The position numbers and the translations under genes are program-made. Below are positions 8,083 to 18,593 of a stretch of DNA of 64,000 bases, piece after piece. The stretch comes from Bacteroidales bacterium (GTDB lineage: Bacteria; Bacteroidota; Bacteroidia; Bacteroidales; UBA932): assembly GCA_017458145.1 (NCBI GenBank), contig JAFTGA010000049.1, positions 746 through 64,745 on the forward strand. The letters are read 5' to 3'. Position 1 is the first letter of the stretch, and each line of letters starts with the position of its first letter. Under the pieces are notes generated by a model that was not told the origin of the DNA, did no database searches, and saw only the letters and a list, made by a program, of their open reading frames with translations.

Positions 8083-8877
8083 ATGGAAACATCCCTTATA
8101 TCCGGCGACATGGACACCACACCTTTGTTTGAGTTCTCCGACCGGGCCGAGCTGCGGCAGTGGCTTGAGGAGAACCATAGCACGACGCCCTACTGCTGGG
8201 TGGCGACGACGCGCGGCAAGGAATCCCGCCACGGCGCAGTCCCCTACCCGGACCTCGTCGAGGAGTGCCTTTGCTTCGGATGGATCGATTCCACAGTCAA
8301 GCGCCTGGATGAGGGACGGCAAGCGCAGCGGATCTCTCCGAGGAAGAAAGGCAGCACCTGGAGCATCCTGAACACCAAGCGCTTCAGAAAGCTCGAAGAA
8401 CGGGGACTCGTGGCGAAGGCAGGACGGATAGCGTTCCGCGAGGCCGGAAAGAAGGAGTCCGTCGCTGAGCGGGACCAGCTGAAAACCATCAAAGTCGTGG
8501 CCGCCATTATCCGGAAGGGTGACAGGATCTTTGCCACCCAGCGGGGCTATGGCGAGTGGAAGGACTATTGGGAGGCCCCTGGCGGCAAAATCGAGCCTGG
8601 CGAGAGCCCGATCCAGGCGCTCCGCCGCGAAATACGGGAGGAATTGGACACGGAAATCAATGTCGAAAAATTCCTTACAACCATTGAATGGGACTATCCC
8701 GCTTTCCACCTGACCATGCACTGCTACATGTGCTCCCTGCTCAACGACTCCCTGCATCTGAACGAGCACGAAGCCGCCCGCTGGCTCCGGGCCGATGAAC
8801 TCCGCACCGTCAACTGGCTCCCGGCCGATTATCAACTCCTTCCCACTATCGAGAACGAACTGCAATCCAACGCTTAA
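8083..8877 (+). CDS. YdeI-like N-domain fused to MutT-like NUDIX hydrolase
   Basis: VEECLCFGWIDS..PRKKGSTWS then IFATQRGYGEWKDYWEAPGGKIEPGESPIQALRREIREEL (Nudix box). Confidence 0.8.
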   Translation: METSLISGDMDTTPLFEFSDRAELRQWLEENHSTTPYCWVATTRGKESRHGAVPYPDLVEECLCFGWIDSTVKRLDEGRQAQRISPRKKGSTWSILNTKRFRKLEERGLVAKAGRIAFREAGKKESVAERDQLKTIKVVAAIIRKGDRIFATQRGYGEWKDYWEAPGGKIEPGESPIQALRREIREELDTEINVEKFLTTIEWDYPAFHLTMHCYMCSLLNDSLHLNEHEAARWLRADELRTVNWLPADYQLLPTIENELQSNA

Positions 8878-8910
8878 GACAAAGTCCTGGCAGTTTGCAT
8901 GGGTGTGAAT

Positions 8911-10902
8911 TTATTCCCCTTTCCGGAAACGGATGGCCAGCATCGTCAGGTCATCGCTCTGCTCGGCGTCTCCGACGAATTCCCGCACCGCGCCGGTCAT
9001 CTTCCCGACCAGGTCCGCGGGTGCGACGGATCCGGCCGCTCGCAATGCTCTGAAAATACGCTCTTCGCCAAAGAGCGCGTGGGCGGAGTCTTCCGCTTCG
9101 GTCAGACCGTCCGTATAGAGGAATATCGTCGTACCGGGCGTAATTGTCTGCTTCTGCAAGGAATACGTCTGCTCCGCGAGCACACCCGCCGAAAGATTCG
9201 GATCAACCTCGAGATAGCGCACGTCCGACATCTCCGCTCCAAGCAGGATCGGCGCATCGTGGCCGGCATTGCAGTACTGCAGTTCACCGGTCCGCAGGTC
9301 AAGCACGCCGACGAAGAGCGTGACGAACATCAGGGCGTCGTTGCGCTCCGCGAGAGACTTGTTGATGGCAGAAACGATGCGCTCCGGGCTGTCCTCGCCC
9401 GCGGACAGCATGCGGAACTGCGCACATGTCACGGCCATCACGAGCGACGCGGGCACGCCCTTGCCGGACACGTCCCCAATACAAAAGTACAGCCGCCCGT
9501 CCCGGATATAAAAGTCATACAGGTCGCCCCCGACGGCACGTGCCGGCGTCAGCTGGCCAAAAATCTCCACCCCCTCCTGGCCGGATTCGGCCACGAACGG
9601 CTTGGGCAGGATCGACATCTGGATCCCGCGCGCAATGCTTAGATCGCGCTCCATCGAGGCCTTCTGCTCAGTCGTCTCGGTGAGCTGGGAAATGTACTGC
9701 TTGAGCGAATGTTCCATGTCCTCGAACGAATCACGCAGCAGACGGATTTCATCGCGATGGCGGATCCTGGGGAGCGGCGTGTCGAAATTCCCTTTGGCCA
9801 CCTCGTCGGCGGAGTAGGCCAGCTTGCGCAGCGGACGGACGGATTTGCGGATGGTCAGATAGCTGAACACAAACATGACAAGCAGACCGGCGGCAATCAA
9901 AAACAGGACAATCGCACCGATAATGAAGCCCGGTCGCTTGATCAGCTCCCGGGGCACGATGATTGCCATGGTCCAGCCGGTTCGGGCCATCCGGGAGAAA
10001 TAAACCGCCGCATCGACTCCATCGATCCGCATCCGCAGGCCGGAGCCGGGACGGCCGGACTGCATCATCTCCCTGGCCTCCCGGATCGAATCCGGGGCGA
10101 CCAGCGTATCCACATGGTCAAAGAAGTGATCCACCAGGATACGGTCTTTGTCAGGATGGACGATGTATTCGCCGCGTCGTCCCAGAATGACGCTGTAAGA
10201 CGCCTTGCCGTCTTTCCAGTCGACGGAGGGCGAGTCCATGGCGAGCGCAAAGACCGAGCGGCTGTTCTCCCGCCGGTCATCTTCCTCCATCTGTTCCGTG
10301 AGCCACGCCAGCGACAGGTCCGCACCGAATACGGCCACCGTCCTGTCCTGCCCGTCCTGCACGGGGAGCGAATAGGTACACAACATCGTCCGGGCACCTT
10401 CGCTGTCGAAATAAGGTTCAGACCAATAGCCCCGGCCCGACTCCATAGGCTTCCGGTACCAGTCGAAAGTGAAATAATCGTGTTCCGCCGAGCCGATCTG
10501 CAGCCGCTCTATCGTCACGCTGTCACGCCTCGCCACATAAGGCTCGTACCAGCGTCCAATCCTCGGAAAGAAGTTGGGCGTGAAGGCCATCGCCGCTCCG
10601 ATAATGTGGGAGTTCAAGCCCAGTTCACTCTCCAACGCATCGAACAGCTCGTCAGGCCGGGTGAGATGCTTTCTGATTTCCGACACATTGTTGACCGAAG
10701 AGACTTCCACGGCATTCAGCACGGACTCCACGCGCTCATTGGCTATCTCCATTACATTCTGATAACGCTCGCTGGTCAGGAGCGTAGCCGTCGCTGCCGT
10801 CAGGAAATAGATGATCAGGGAGATGACGGACATGATCGCCAGCAGCATCAGCACGATGCGCCAGGTAAGCCGCGCGGAAAAGGACTTGACTTTGCGTTTC
10901 AT
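8911..10902 (-). CDS. Cache-HAMP-SpoIIE (PP2C) sensor phosphatase
   Basis: Two TM segments, WSEPYFD Cache motif, HAMP, VGGDLYDF, IGDVSGKG, YTDGLTEA, SDDLT. Confidence 0.9.
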   Translation of the reverse strand: MKRKVKSFSARLTWRIVLMLLAIMSVISLIIYFLTAATATLLTSERYQNVMEIANERVESVLNAVEVSSVNNVSEIRKHLTRPDELFDALESELGLNSHIIGAAMAFTPNFFPRIGRWYEPYVARRDSVTIERLQIGSAEHDYFTFDWYRKPMESGRGYWSEPYFDSEGARTMLCTYSLPVQDGQDRTVAVFGADLSLAWLTEQMEEDDRRENSRSVFALAMDSPSVDWKDGKASYSVILGRRGEYIVHPDKDRILVDHFFDHVDTLVAPDSIREAREMMQSGRPGSGLRMRIDGVDAAVYFSRMARTGWTMAIIVPRELIKRPGFIIGAIVLFLIAAGLLVMFVFSYLTIRKSVRPLRKLAYSADEVAKGNFDTPLPRIRHRDEIRLLRDSFEDMEHSLKQYISQLTETTEQKASMERDLSIARGIQMSILPKPFVAESGQEGVEIFGQLTPARAVGGDLYDFYIRDGRLYFCIGDVSGKGVPASLVMAVTCAQFRMLSAGEDSPERIVSAINKSLAERNDALMFVTLFVGVLDLRTGELQYCNAGHDAPILLGAEMSDVRYLEVDPNLSAGVLAEQTYSLQKQTITPGTTIFLYTDGLTEAEDSAHALFGEERIFRALRAAGSVAPADLVGKMTGAVREFVGDAEQSDDLTMLAIRFRKGE

Positions 10903-11003
10903 TGCAGGATAATGACCGACAAATTTAGAAAAAAAGAAAAATAATTTTGCACAATTCCGGCGAAGGATTTATTTTTGTAACCCGTATTCAAATCAATGAG
11001 CAA

Positions 11004-12500
11004 ATGAAATACGGGTTCGACAACGAGAAATATCTCAAAATCCAATCAGCACGAATCAAAGAACGCATCGCCCAATTCGGCGATAAACTCTACATGGAGT
11101 TCGGCGGCAAACTCTTCGACGACTACCACGCCAGCCGGGTTTTGCCGGGCTTTGAGCCGGACAGCAAGCTTAAAATGCTGATGCAGATGAAAGACGACGC
11201 AGAGATCATCATCGTGATCAGCGCCGTGGACATTGAGAAGAACAAGATCCGCAATGACCTGGGCATCACCTACGACATGGACGTGCTCCGGCTCCGCGAC
11301 GAATTCATGGACCGGGGGCTGAGCGTCAACAGCGTGGTCATCACCCACTTCAACGGCCAGGCCAGCGCCGAGGCATATCGCAAGCGGCTCGAAGGAATGG
11401 GCATCACCGTCTATTACCACCACACCATCGAAGGTTATCCCCACAACGTGGCCCTGATCGACTCCGACGAAGGATTCGGCAAGAACGACTACGTGGTCAC
11501 TTCCATGACGCTGGTGGTCGTGACGGCGCCCGGCCACGGAAGCGGCAAGATGGATGTCTGCCTGAGCCAGCTCTATCAGGAGAACAAGCGTGGCGTCAAG
11601 GCGGGCTACGCCAAATTCGAGACCTTCCCGGTCTGGAGCCTGCCGCTGAACCACCCCGTCAACATCGCCTACGAGGCCGCCACCGCCGATCTGGACGATG
11701 TCAACATGATCGACCCCTTCCACCTGGAAGCGTATGGTGAAACGGCTGTCAACTACAACCGGGACGTAGAAATTTTCCCGGTGATGAACGCCCTCTTCGA
11801 CGATATCTACGGGACCTCACCCTACAAGTCCCCGACCGACATGGGCGTAAACATGATCGGACCCTGCATCAGCGACGACGAGGTCTGCCGCGAAGCTTCC
11901 AAACAGGAGATCATCCGCCGCTACTATACGGCCATCTGCAATTTCGCGGACGGCAAGGCGACGGAGGCCGAGGTCAGCCGCCTGGCGCTGATCATGAAGC
12001 GGGCGGGAATCACCACGGCCTACCGGAGGACCACTGTAGCCGCCCATGAGCGTCTGGAGAAGTCCGGCGGCGCCACGGCGGCCATCGAACTGGAAGACGG
12101 CACCATCCTGACGGCGGAGACCTCTCCCCTGCTCGGTCCCAGCGCCGCCCTGCTCCTCAATGCGCTCAAGCACCTGGCCGGAATTGCCCACAATGTCAAG
12201 CTGATCCCCAAGACGATGATTGCGCCCATCCAGAAGACCAAGGTGACCTACCTGCACGGACACAACCCGCGCCTGCACACGGACGAAGTGCTGGTCCTGA
12301 TCTCCATGCTGAGTCTGCTGGACGAGAACTGCAAACTGGCCCTGAGCCAGCTCCCAAGATTGCTGGGCGCCCAGGTCCACTCCTCCGTCATGCTCAGCGA
12401 AGTGGACCGCAAGACATTCAACAAACTCGGCATCGGGCTGACCTGCGACCCGGTCCGCAAGATCAAGGACCCGGAAACCCTCACGGAAGAAGAAATCTAG
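11004..12500 (+). CDS. DUF1846 (UPF0371) family protein
   Basis: KLYMEFGGKLFDDYHASRVLPGF, GYAKFETFP, SPTDMGVN, NPRLHTDEVL. Confidence 0.88.
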   Translation: MKYGFDNEKYLKIQSARIKERIAQFGDKLYMEFGGKLFDDYHASRVLPGFEPDSKLKMLMQMKDDAEIIIVISAVDIEKNKIRNDLGITYDMDVLRLRDEFMDRGLSVNSVVITHFNGQASAEAYRKRLEGMGITVYYHHTIEGYPHNVALIDSDEGFGKNDYVVTSMTLVVVTAPGHGSGKMDVCLSQLYQENKRGVKAGYAKFETFPVWSLPLNHPVNIAYEAATADLDDVNMIDPFHLEAYGETAVNYNRDVEIFPVMNALFDDIYGTSPYKSPTDMGVNMIGPCISDDEVCREASKQEIIRRYYTAICNFADGKATEAEVSRLALIMKRAGITTAYRRTTVAAHERLEKSGGATAAIELEDGTILTAETSPLLGPSAALLLNALKHLAGIAHNVKLIPKTMIAPIQKTKVTYLHGHNPRLHTDEVLVLISMLSLLDENCKLALSQLPRLLGAQVHSSVMLSEVDRKTFNKLGIGLTCDPVRKIKDPETLTEEEI

Positions 12501-14437
12501 GCCTGCGCGCGGATCTTGCTGATCCGCAGGCACAATAGCGTCAGATCGTCGCTGGCTTCGGCATCGCCGACAAAGCCGGCGACTTTCTTTTTCATCTCCA
12601 GGATCGTCTCCTTCGCCGAGACGAACGGACCGCGCAGCTGCTCCAGCACACGATCCTCCCCGAACTGCCCGTGCTGCCGGTTCTCCGCCTCGTTCAAACC
12701 GTCAGTGTAGAACAGGAACGACTGGTCCCGCACATCCGCGATCCGCTCCTCATCGAACCAGAATCCGGAAGCGATTCCGAGCGGCGTATTGGGCTTGACA
12801 TCAAGGAAACGGGCAGCTCCGTCACCGAAAAGGACGGGCGGATTGTGGCCGCAGTTGCAGAATTCCATCGCTCCTGTCTCCAGATCCACGACCCCGATGA
12901 ACATCGTCACGAACATCATCTGGTCATTGTCCGCAGCCAGGGTCTCGTTGATCTGGTGAGCGATCATCTTGGGCGACAGGCCCTGCCGGCCGACAACACG
13001 GAACAGATTGCGGGCCACGGCCATGAACAGGCTGGCAGGCACGCCCTTGCCGCTCACGTCGCCGATGCAGAAATAGAACTTTCCGCTCTTAATAAAATAA
13101 TCGTACAGGTCGCCGCCGACCTCCCGGGCGGGCGTCATCGAAGCAAACAAGTCGATATCCTTCCGCTCCGGGAAAGCCGGGAAAACCCTGGGCACCATCC
13201 CCATCTGGATGTCATGGGCGATGCGGATCTCCCCTTCAATGCGCTCCTTGTTGGCAGTCGTGCGCGTCAGTTCGTCGATGTATTTCACCAGCGATGTCTG
13301 CATATTGCCGAACGCCTCCGTCAGCTGCCCGATCTCATCGACACGGTCCGAAGGCGGGAGTTGTTCGTCGAAGTGTCCGGTCGCAATGGCAGAAGTCTGT
13401 TCGACCAGCTGGCTGAGCGGACTCAGCTCGCGGGACACCACCCAGATGACGACGAAGAAAATCAGCAGCAGGCCCAGGATTACGATGGCGTTGATTGTCC
13501 GGCGCAGACGATGATAGCCGCCGAAGATGTCGCTGTGCGTACAGACGATTGCCACACTCCAGCCCGTGGATTTGACAGGCTCGAAAAACACATAGGCGCG
13601 TTTGCCGTCAATCCTGAATTCCCGCATGCCGGACTCACCCCGCTGCATCGCGTGGCCGAGTTCGGAAAGCTTCTCGTCCGGAACCAGCAAGGTCTGGGTG
13701 AAGATGGACTGGTTGAGGAGTTTCTCCGGCTCCGGATGCACCAGGTATGAGCCGCCCCGGCCGATCATGATACTGTAGGCGTTGGGATACGGGCGCACCG
13801 AAGAAATGGTCTCGGACAGCCAGGAGAGCGAGAGGTCCACCGACAGGACCCCGACAAAGCGGCCGTCGTACCCGGTCAGCGGCTTGCAATAGGTCGTGAC
13901 CATCTCGGCCGTATCGTCTTTCGGATCCACATCCATATAGGGTTCCGTCCAGCACGGCTGGTTCAGCAGCTTGGGCAGTTGGTACCAGTCCATATAGAAA
14001 TACTGGTAGTCGTCACTCCCCTCCTGATGCAACAGGACGGAGCCGTCCTCATAATAGGCGTAAGGCGAGAAATACCGGCCCTTGGACGGATAGAACCCGG
14101 GCTCGAAAGAGATGGAGCAGCCCTGCAGCTGGGGATTGTTGAGAATCAGGTTGCGCGCCAGGACGTTCATCATATCCGGATCGTCCAGATGCTCATAGAC
14201 CAGCCAGTCCATGTTGTCCGCGGCAATCCGGGCATCATCCAGGATATTGTTGACACGCAGCACGACGTTGTTGAGTTGCTGCGTGGCAAGTGCGATGGCT
14301 TCCCGCCGCACGGCCCGGCGCGAAGTGTAGAACTGATAGCCCAGGGCGGCAAGCAACACGAGGGTCACAAAGAGGACGATCCATACACTCAGGCGTGCCG
14401 GCAAGGACCTGCGGAATTTATCAAGAAGCATATTCAT
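12497..14437 (-). CDS. Cache-HAMP-SpoIIE (PP2C) sensor phosphatase, paralog 2
   Basis: WTEPYMD, HAMP, VGGDLYDY, IGDVSGKG, YTDGLNEA, SDDLT. Confidence 0.9.
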   Translation of the reverse strand: MNMLLDKFRRSLPARLSVWIVLFVTLVLLAALGYQFYTSRRAVRREAIALATQQLNNVVLRVNNILDDARIAADNMDWLVYEHLDDPDMMNVLARNLILNNPQLQGCSISFEPGFYPSKGRYFSPYAYYEDGSVLLHQEGSDDYQYFYMDWYQLPKLLNQPCWTEPYMDVDPKDDTAEMVTTYCKPLTGYDGRFVGVLSVDLSLSWLSETISSVRPYPNAYSIMIGRGGSYLVHPEPEKLLNQSIFTQTLLVPDEKLSELGHAMQRGESGMREFRIDGKRAYVFFEPVKSTGWSVAIVCTHSDIFGGYHRLRRTINAIVILGLLLIFFVVIWVVSRELSPLSQLVEQTSAIATGHFDEQLPPSDRVDEIGQLTEAFGNMQTSLVKYIDELTRTTANKERIEGEIRIAHDIQMGMVPRVFPAFPERKDIDLFASMTPAREVGGDLYDYFIKSGKFYFCIGDVSGKGVPASLFMAVARNLFRVVGRQGLSPKMIAHQINETLAADNDQMMFVTMFIGVVDLETGAMEFCNCGHNPPVLFGDGAARFLDVKPNTPLGIASGFWFDEERIADVRDQSFLFYTDGLNEAENRQHGQFGEDRVLEQLRGPFVSAKETILEMKKKVAGFVGDAEASDDLTLLCLRISKIRAQA

Positions 14438-15381
14438 CGGGGCAGCAAATCTTCATATTTCACTTCCTTGCGGAGCATTCCGTATTCGAGCATCAGGTCA
14501 TTGGCCTTCTGCACCATGTCGGGGCGCAGACGGAACGCCCGCTCTCCGGAATCCCGGTCCAATTGCAGACGAAGCACATCATCGAGCATCAGCTTCTGCA
14601 GAACACGGTTCGTGGCGATATGGTCCGCCTCGACGTATTTCATCACGATATCCAGCGTCTCGTCCGGGTGCTCCGCCGCCCACTCCCAGCCGCGCCGGCT
14701 GGCCCGGGCGAAACGCACGGCACGCTCCCGGTCTTTGGCAAAGGACTTCCGGGTCATATAGACACCATCCTCCTGGACATTGTAGCCGTGGTCGCTGAAT
14801 CGGTAGATATTGGACTCGGAAAGCTCCATTCCGGTCTGGACCAACTGATAATATTCGTTGTAGCTCATCGCCAGGGTCGCATCCAGGGCGCCGGCGACGA
14901 AAAGATTGACATTGCTCACAAACCGCACCCACTCGTAGTCCAGGTGCTCTTTCTTGCTCATACAGATGGCGAGCTGGCCGAACCCGGTGTTCCAGATCCC
15001 GACCCGCGCACCCCGCTGTTCGAGCGGATTGCAGCCCCGGCGGGACACGATCACCATCGCATTGTTCATCGAAGTCTGCAGGATATTGACCAGCGGAATC
15101 CCGTTGTCAACAATTTCGAGCGCCTGGGCCAGCTGGAGGGTTGTCGCATCGGCCTCGCCGGAGCGGATCCGGTCGATGGCGGAACGCGAGGCCGACGGAT
15201 GGTCGATGCATACTTCCACGCCTTCTTCGGCATAAAAGCCCATTTCCTGCGCAACATAGTACCCGGCGAACTGCGCCTGCGCCGTCCACTGCGGCGTAAA
15301 GACAAACGGCTGCGCCGAAAGCTCCGTCACCGAAAGGAGAAAGGCCACCGCTAGGCCCCAGCGAAAAACAGCTTGTATCAT
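14434..15381 (-). CDS. NMT1/THI5-like periplasmic substrate-binding protein
   Basis: Signal peptide; PQWTAQAQFAGYYVAQEMGFYAEEG; ASRRGWEWAAEHPDE. Confidence 0.85.
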   Translation of the reverse strand: MIQAVFRWGLAVAFLLSVTELSAQPFVFTPQWTAQAQFAGYYVAQEMGFYAEEGVEVCIDHPSASRSAIDRIRSGEADATTLQLAQALEIVDNGIPLVNILQTSMNNAMVIVSRRGCNPLEQRGARVGIWNTGFGQLAICMSKKEHLDYEWVRFVSNVNLFVAGALDATLAMSYNEYYQLVQTGMELSESNIYRFSDHGYNVQEDGVYMTRKSFAKDRERAVRFARASRRGWEWAAEHPDETLDIVMKYVEADHIATNRVLQKLMLDDVLRLQLDRDSGERAFRLRPDMVQKANDLMLEYGMLRKEVKYEDLLPR

Positions 15382-16082
15382 TATTTCACTCTCTCAAAAT
15401 GCTGATAGTCTTTGGAATGCGCCCAGGCTCCGCCCCAACTGAAACCGTGAGCGAGGAAGAGCCGGCAGCACAGGTCTTCCCGGTCGATCTTGTGCGGGAA
15501 ATCCCGGGTACGGTCCACGTAGGCCTCTCCCGCCGGCGGCATCACCCGGCCGGAACGGTTGATGTACGGGTTTTCCAGGGGATTGACATCGACCGCGAGC
15601 CCGCGGGCGTGCTTGGAAAGCTTCCGCTGCCCCGGGACCGTACGGTAGTTGAAGCAAGACGTGTTGTCGGCGGCCATCGAGGCATCGTCCGAGGCGTCGA
15701 AATCGTCCACCAGGCGGATGCTCCGGATCGGATATTGCGCCTCATAGAGCGCCTGGAAGATCTCGCACAGGTCCTGCGCGATGGCGGCGTTGCAGACCAT
15801 CTCGCCGGTCTGCCGCCGCCCCTCGAAATCAAAGTAGGAAAGCCGCAGGTAGCGCAGTTCCGACAGGGAAATCTGCGCGTCCGGCGGATAAGATTTGCCG
15901 CGCATCCGCGCCTCGACCTCTGGCGGGATCGCCTGCTGCGAGAATTCCGGTTCGAAAAGCGCTGGCGTCGGCGCATCCGGAGGTTCCGGCAGCGCCTCAG
16001 GCATTCCGGCTCCCTGCCGTCCCCGGCAGGACACCAGCAACGGCAGGGCCAACAGCAGCAGGAGCAGGCTACGGCGCATCAT
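15381..16082 (-). CDS. M15 family D-Ala-D-Ala peptidase lipoprotein
   Basis: NTSCFNYR, SKHARGLAVDVNP, WGGAW..KDYQHFE. Confidence 0.88.
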   Translation of the reverse strand: MMRRSLLLLLLALPLLVSCRGRQGAGMPEALPEPPDAPTPALFEPEFSQQAIPPEVEARMRGKSYPPDAQISLSELRYLRLSYFDFEGRRQTGEMVCNAAIAQDLCEIFQALYEAQYPIRSIRLVDDFDASDDASMAADNTSCFNYRTVPGQRKLSKHARGLAVDVNPLENPYINRSGRVMPPAGEAYVDRTRDFPHKIDREDLCCRLFLAHGFSWGGAWAHSKDYQHFERVK

Positions 16083-17050
16083 AATCCGGGCTTCTGCGAG
16101 GCCTCGCAGCGCACAAGCGTTTCGGTGATCAGCCGTGTCTGCGCATGCAGACGCGCTTCGGCAGCACGGTCGCCGGATGTGAAAATATCGCGGTACACCT
16201 CCAGCTGGTGGCAGAGCCGGTGCTCATAACGGTTCAGTTCGAACACCTGCGGCTCCGCTCCGGGCAGGAGCAGTTCCACCCGGGTAAAGAAGTTCGGCAG
16301 GCCGTCCACGCGGATGGCACCCTTCTCCCCCTGGAAGAAGAAGCCGTGAGGGCCTGCGGAATCCATCGAAGCCGTGCAGACGGCCACCAGGCCCTGTTTT
16401 CCATAGGTGAGCGTAGCCACACCCGAAGTGCCGACAGCGTTGCGACCGGTGGCATTGGAGGCATAAGACACCGCGTCCGGCCGGCCGAAGAGCGCCAGCA
16501 CGACGTGCAGACAGTAGATGTTGATATCGCGCAAGGCACCGCCCTCATACTCCTGCGAGAACACGGGGATCTCCGCGCCGTCCAGATACAGGTCGTAACG
16601 CGGGAAATGCTCGTCGTAGTCGGCGTGGACCAGGCGCACGGGACCGATCTGCGGGAGCAGTTCCCGCACCTTGCGGAAATTGGGCAGGTGGATGTTGGAG
16701 ATGGCCTCGAAGATCCAGAGACCGCGCTCCTCCGCCAGCGCGAAAAGCTCTTCCGCCTGCTCCACGGTCGAGGTGAACGGCTTCTCGCACAGGACATTCC
16801 GGCCTGCGAGCAGGGCCTGCTTCGCCGCCGCAAAATGCAGGGAATTCGGCAGGGCGATATAGACGAAATCAATGTCCCGGCGGGCCAGCATCTGCGCATA
16901 GTCCGTATAGACGTCCGGGATCCCGAATCGGGCGGCCTTCTCCCGGCTGCGCCCACAGATTGCAACGACTTCCCAGCCCGGCACGGTCTGCATGGCCTCC
17001 AGCATCTGGGGGACGATCCGGCCGGATCCGACAATGGCAACTTTGATCAT
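16079..17050 (-). CDS. Gfo/Idh/MocA oxidoreductase
   Basis: VAIVGSGRI, LCEKP, GGALRDINIY. Confidence 0.9.
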   Translation of the reverse strand: MIKVAIVGSGRIVPQMLEAMQTVPGWEVVAICGRSREKAARFGIPDVYTDYAQMLARRDIDFVYIALPNSLHFAAAKQALLAGRNVLCEKPFTSTVEQAEELFALAEERGLWIFEAISNIHLPNFRKVRELLPQIGPVRLVHADYDEHFPRYDLYLDGAEIPVFSQEYEGGALRDINIYCLHVVLALFGRPDAVSYASNATGRNAVGTSGVATLTYGKQGLVAVCTASMDSAGPHGFFFQGEKGAIRVDGLPNFFTRVELLLPGAEPQVFELNRYEHRLCHQLEVYRDIFTSGDRAAEARLHAQTRLITETLVRCEASQKPGL

Positions 17051-17114
17051 AAAGGCATGCGTTTTTTCGATTCAAATATACAAAAAAACGAAGAGCTTTC
17101 ATTATTTTTGTATT

Positions 17115-18593
17115 GTGAAGCCCCGCACCTACATCGCCATTGACCTCAAGTCCTTCTACGCCTCCGTCGAGTGCGTGGAGCGGGGCCTGGATGCCTTGGA
17201 CACGCATCTGGTCGTGGCGGATGCCTCCCGCACCGAGAAGACCATCTGCCTGGCGGTCTCCCCTTCCCTCAAGACCTACGGCATCCCGGGACGCGCCCGG
17301 CTCTTCGAAGTGGTGCAGGCCGTCGCCCGGATCAACGCCGAACGGCGCCGCCACGCGCCCGGGAGGCGATTTCGCGGCAGCTCCACCAGCCACGCCGCCC
17401 TGCTCGCGGACCCGTCGCTGGAACTCTCCTACATCGTCGCCACTCCGCAGATGGCGCACTACATGGCCGTCAGCGGCCGCATCTACGGCATCTACCTGCG
17501 CTACATCGCCCCCGAGGACATCCACGTCTATTCGGTCGATGAAGTGTTCATCGACGCCACGGACTACCTCAAGGCCTACCGACTCTCCGCGCACGATTTT
17601 GCGCGCAAGCTCATCCAGGAGGTCCTGCAGGAGACGCACATCACGGCCACGGCCGGCATCGGCCCCAACCTCTACCTCTGCAAGATCGCGATGGACATCG
17701 AGGCCAAGCACTCCCCCGCCGACGCCGACGGCGTGCGCATCGCCGAGCTGGACGAGGCATCCTACCGCCGCAAGTACTGGACGCACCGGCCGCTGACGGA
17801 CTTCTGGCGCGTGGGACGCGGCATCGCCGCCCGGCTCGAAGCCGCCGGACTCTACACCATGGGCGACATCGCCCGCTGCTCGATCGGCAAGCCCTGGGAA
17901 CTCTACAACGAAGACGTGCTCTACAAGATCTTCGGCGTGGGTGCCGAACTGCTCATCGACCACGCCTGGGGCTGGGAGAGCTGCACGATGGCCGACATCA
18001 AGGCCTACCGGCCCGCCGCCAACAGCCTGTCCGTGGGGCAGGTGCTCGCCGAACCCTACCCGTTCGACAAGGCCAGGCTGATCGTGCGCGAGATGACCGA
18101 CCAGCTCGTGCTGGACCTCGTAGAGAAGGGCCTCGTCACCGACCAGCTCGTGCTTAGCGTCGGCTACGACAGCGGCGCCGTCCGGCAGGCGGGCTCCGGC
18201 GGCTACCGGGGCGCCGTCGTGGACGACTGGTACGGCCGGCCCGTGCCCAAACCGGCCCACGGCTCCGCCCACCTCCCCCGCCCCAGCTCGTCCACCCGCC
18301 TGATCACGGACACGATGATGGAGCTGTTCGACCGCATCGTCGAGCCCGCCCTGCAGGTGCGCCGGGTCTATGTCGTCGCCGCCCATGTCGTGGATGAGAA
18401 GCAGCTGGACGGCGTCCAGCTGGACCTCTTCGAGGAGCCCGCCGAAGCCCCGGAGCGGGAACGGAGCCGCCAGGAGGCCATCCTCGCCATCCGCCGCAAA
18501 TTCGGCAAGAACGCCATCCTCAAGGGGATGAATTTCGAAGAAGGCGCCACCGCGCGCGAACGCAACCAGCAGATCGGAGGGCACAAGGCATGA
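17115..18593 (+). CDS. Y-family DNA polymerase (UmuC/UvrX-like)
   Basis: IAIDLKSFYASVEC, YSVDEVFID, clamp motif QLDLF, C-terminal QIGGHKA; GTG start. Confidence 0.9.
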   Translation: MKPRTYIAIDLKSFYASVECVERGLDALDTHLVVADASRTEKTICLAVSPSLKTYGIPGRARLFEVVQAVARINAERRRHAPGRRFRGSSTSHAALLADPSLELSYIVATPQMAHYMAVSGRIYGIYLRYIAPEDIHVYSVDEVFIDATDYLKAYRLSAHDFARKLIQEVLQETHITATAGIGPNLYLCKIAMDIEAKHSPADADGVRIAELDEASYRRKYWTHRPLTDFWRVGRGIAARLEAAGLYTMGDIARCSIGKPWELYNEDVLYKIFGVGAELLIDHAWGWESCTMADIKAYRPAANSLSVGQVLAEPYPFDKARLIVREMTDQLVLDLVEKGLVTDQLVLSVGYDSGAVRQAGSGGYRGAVVDDWYGRPVPKPAHGSAHLPRPSSSTRLITDTMMELFDRIVEPALQVRRVYVVAAHVVDEKQLDGVQLDLFEEPAEAPERERSRQEAILAIRRKFGKNAILKGMNFEEGATARERNQQIGGHKA

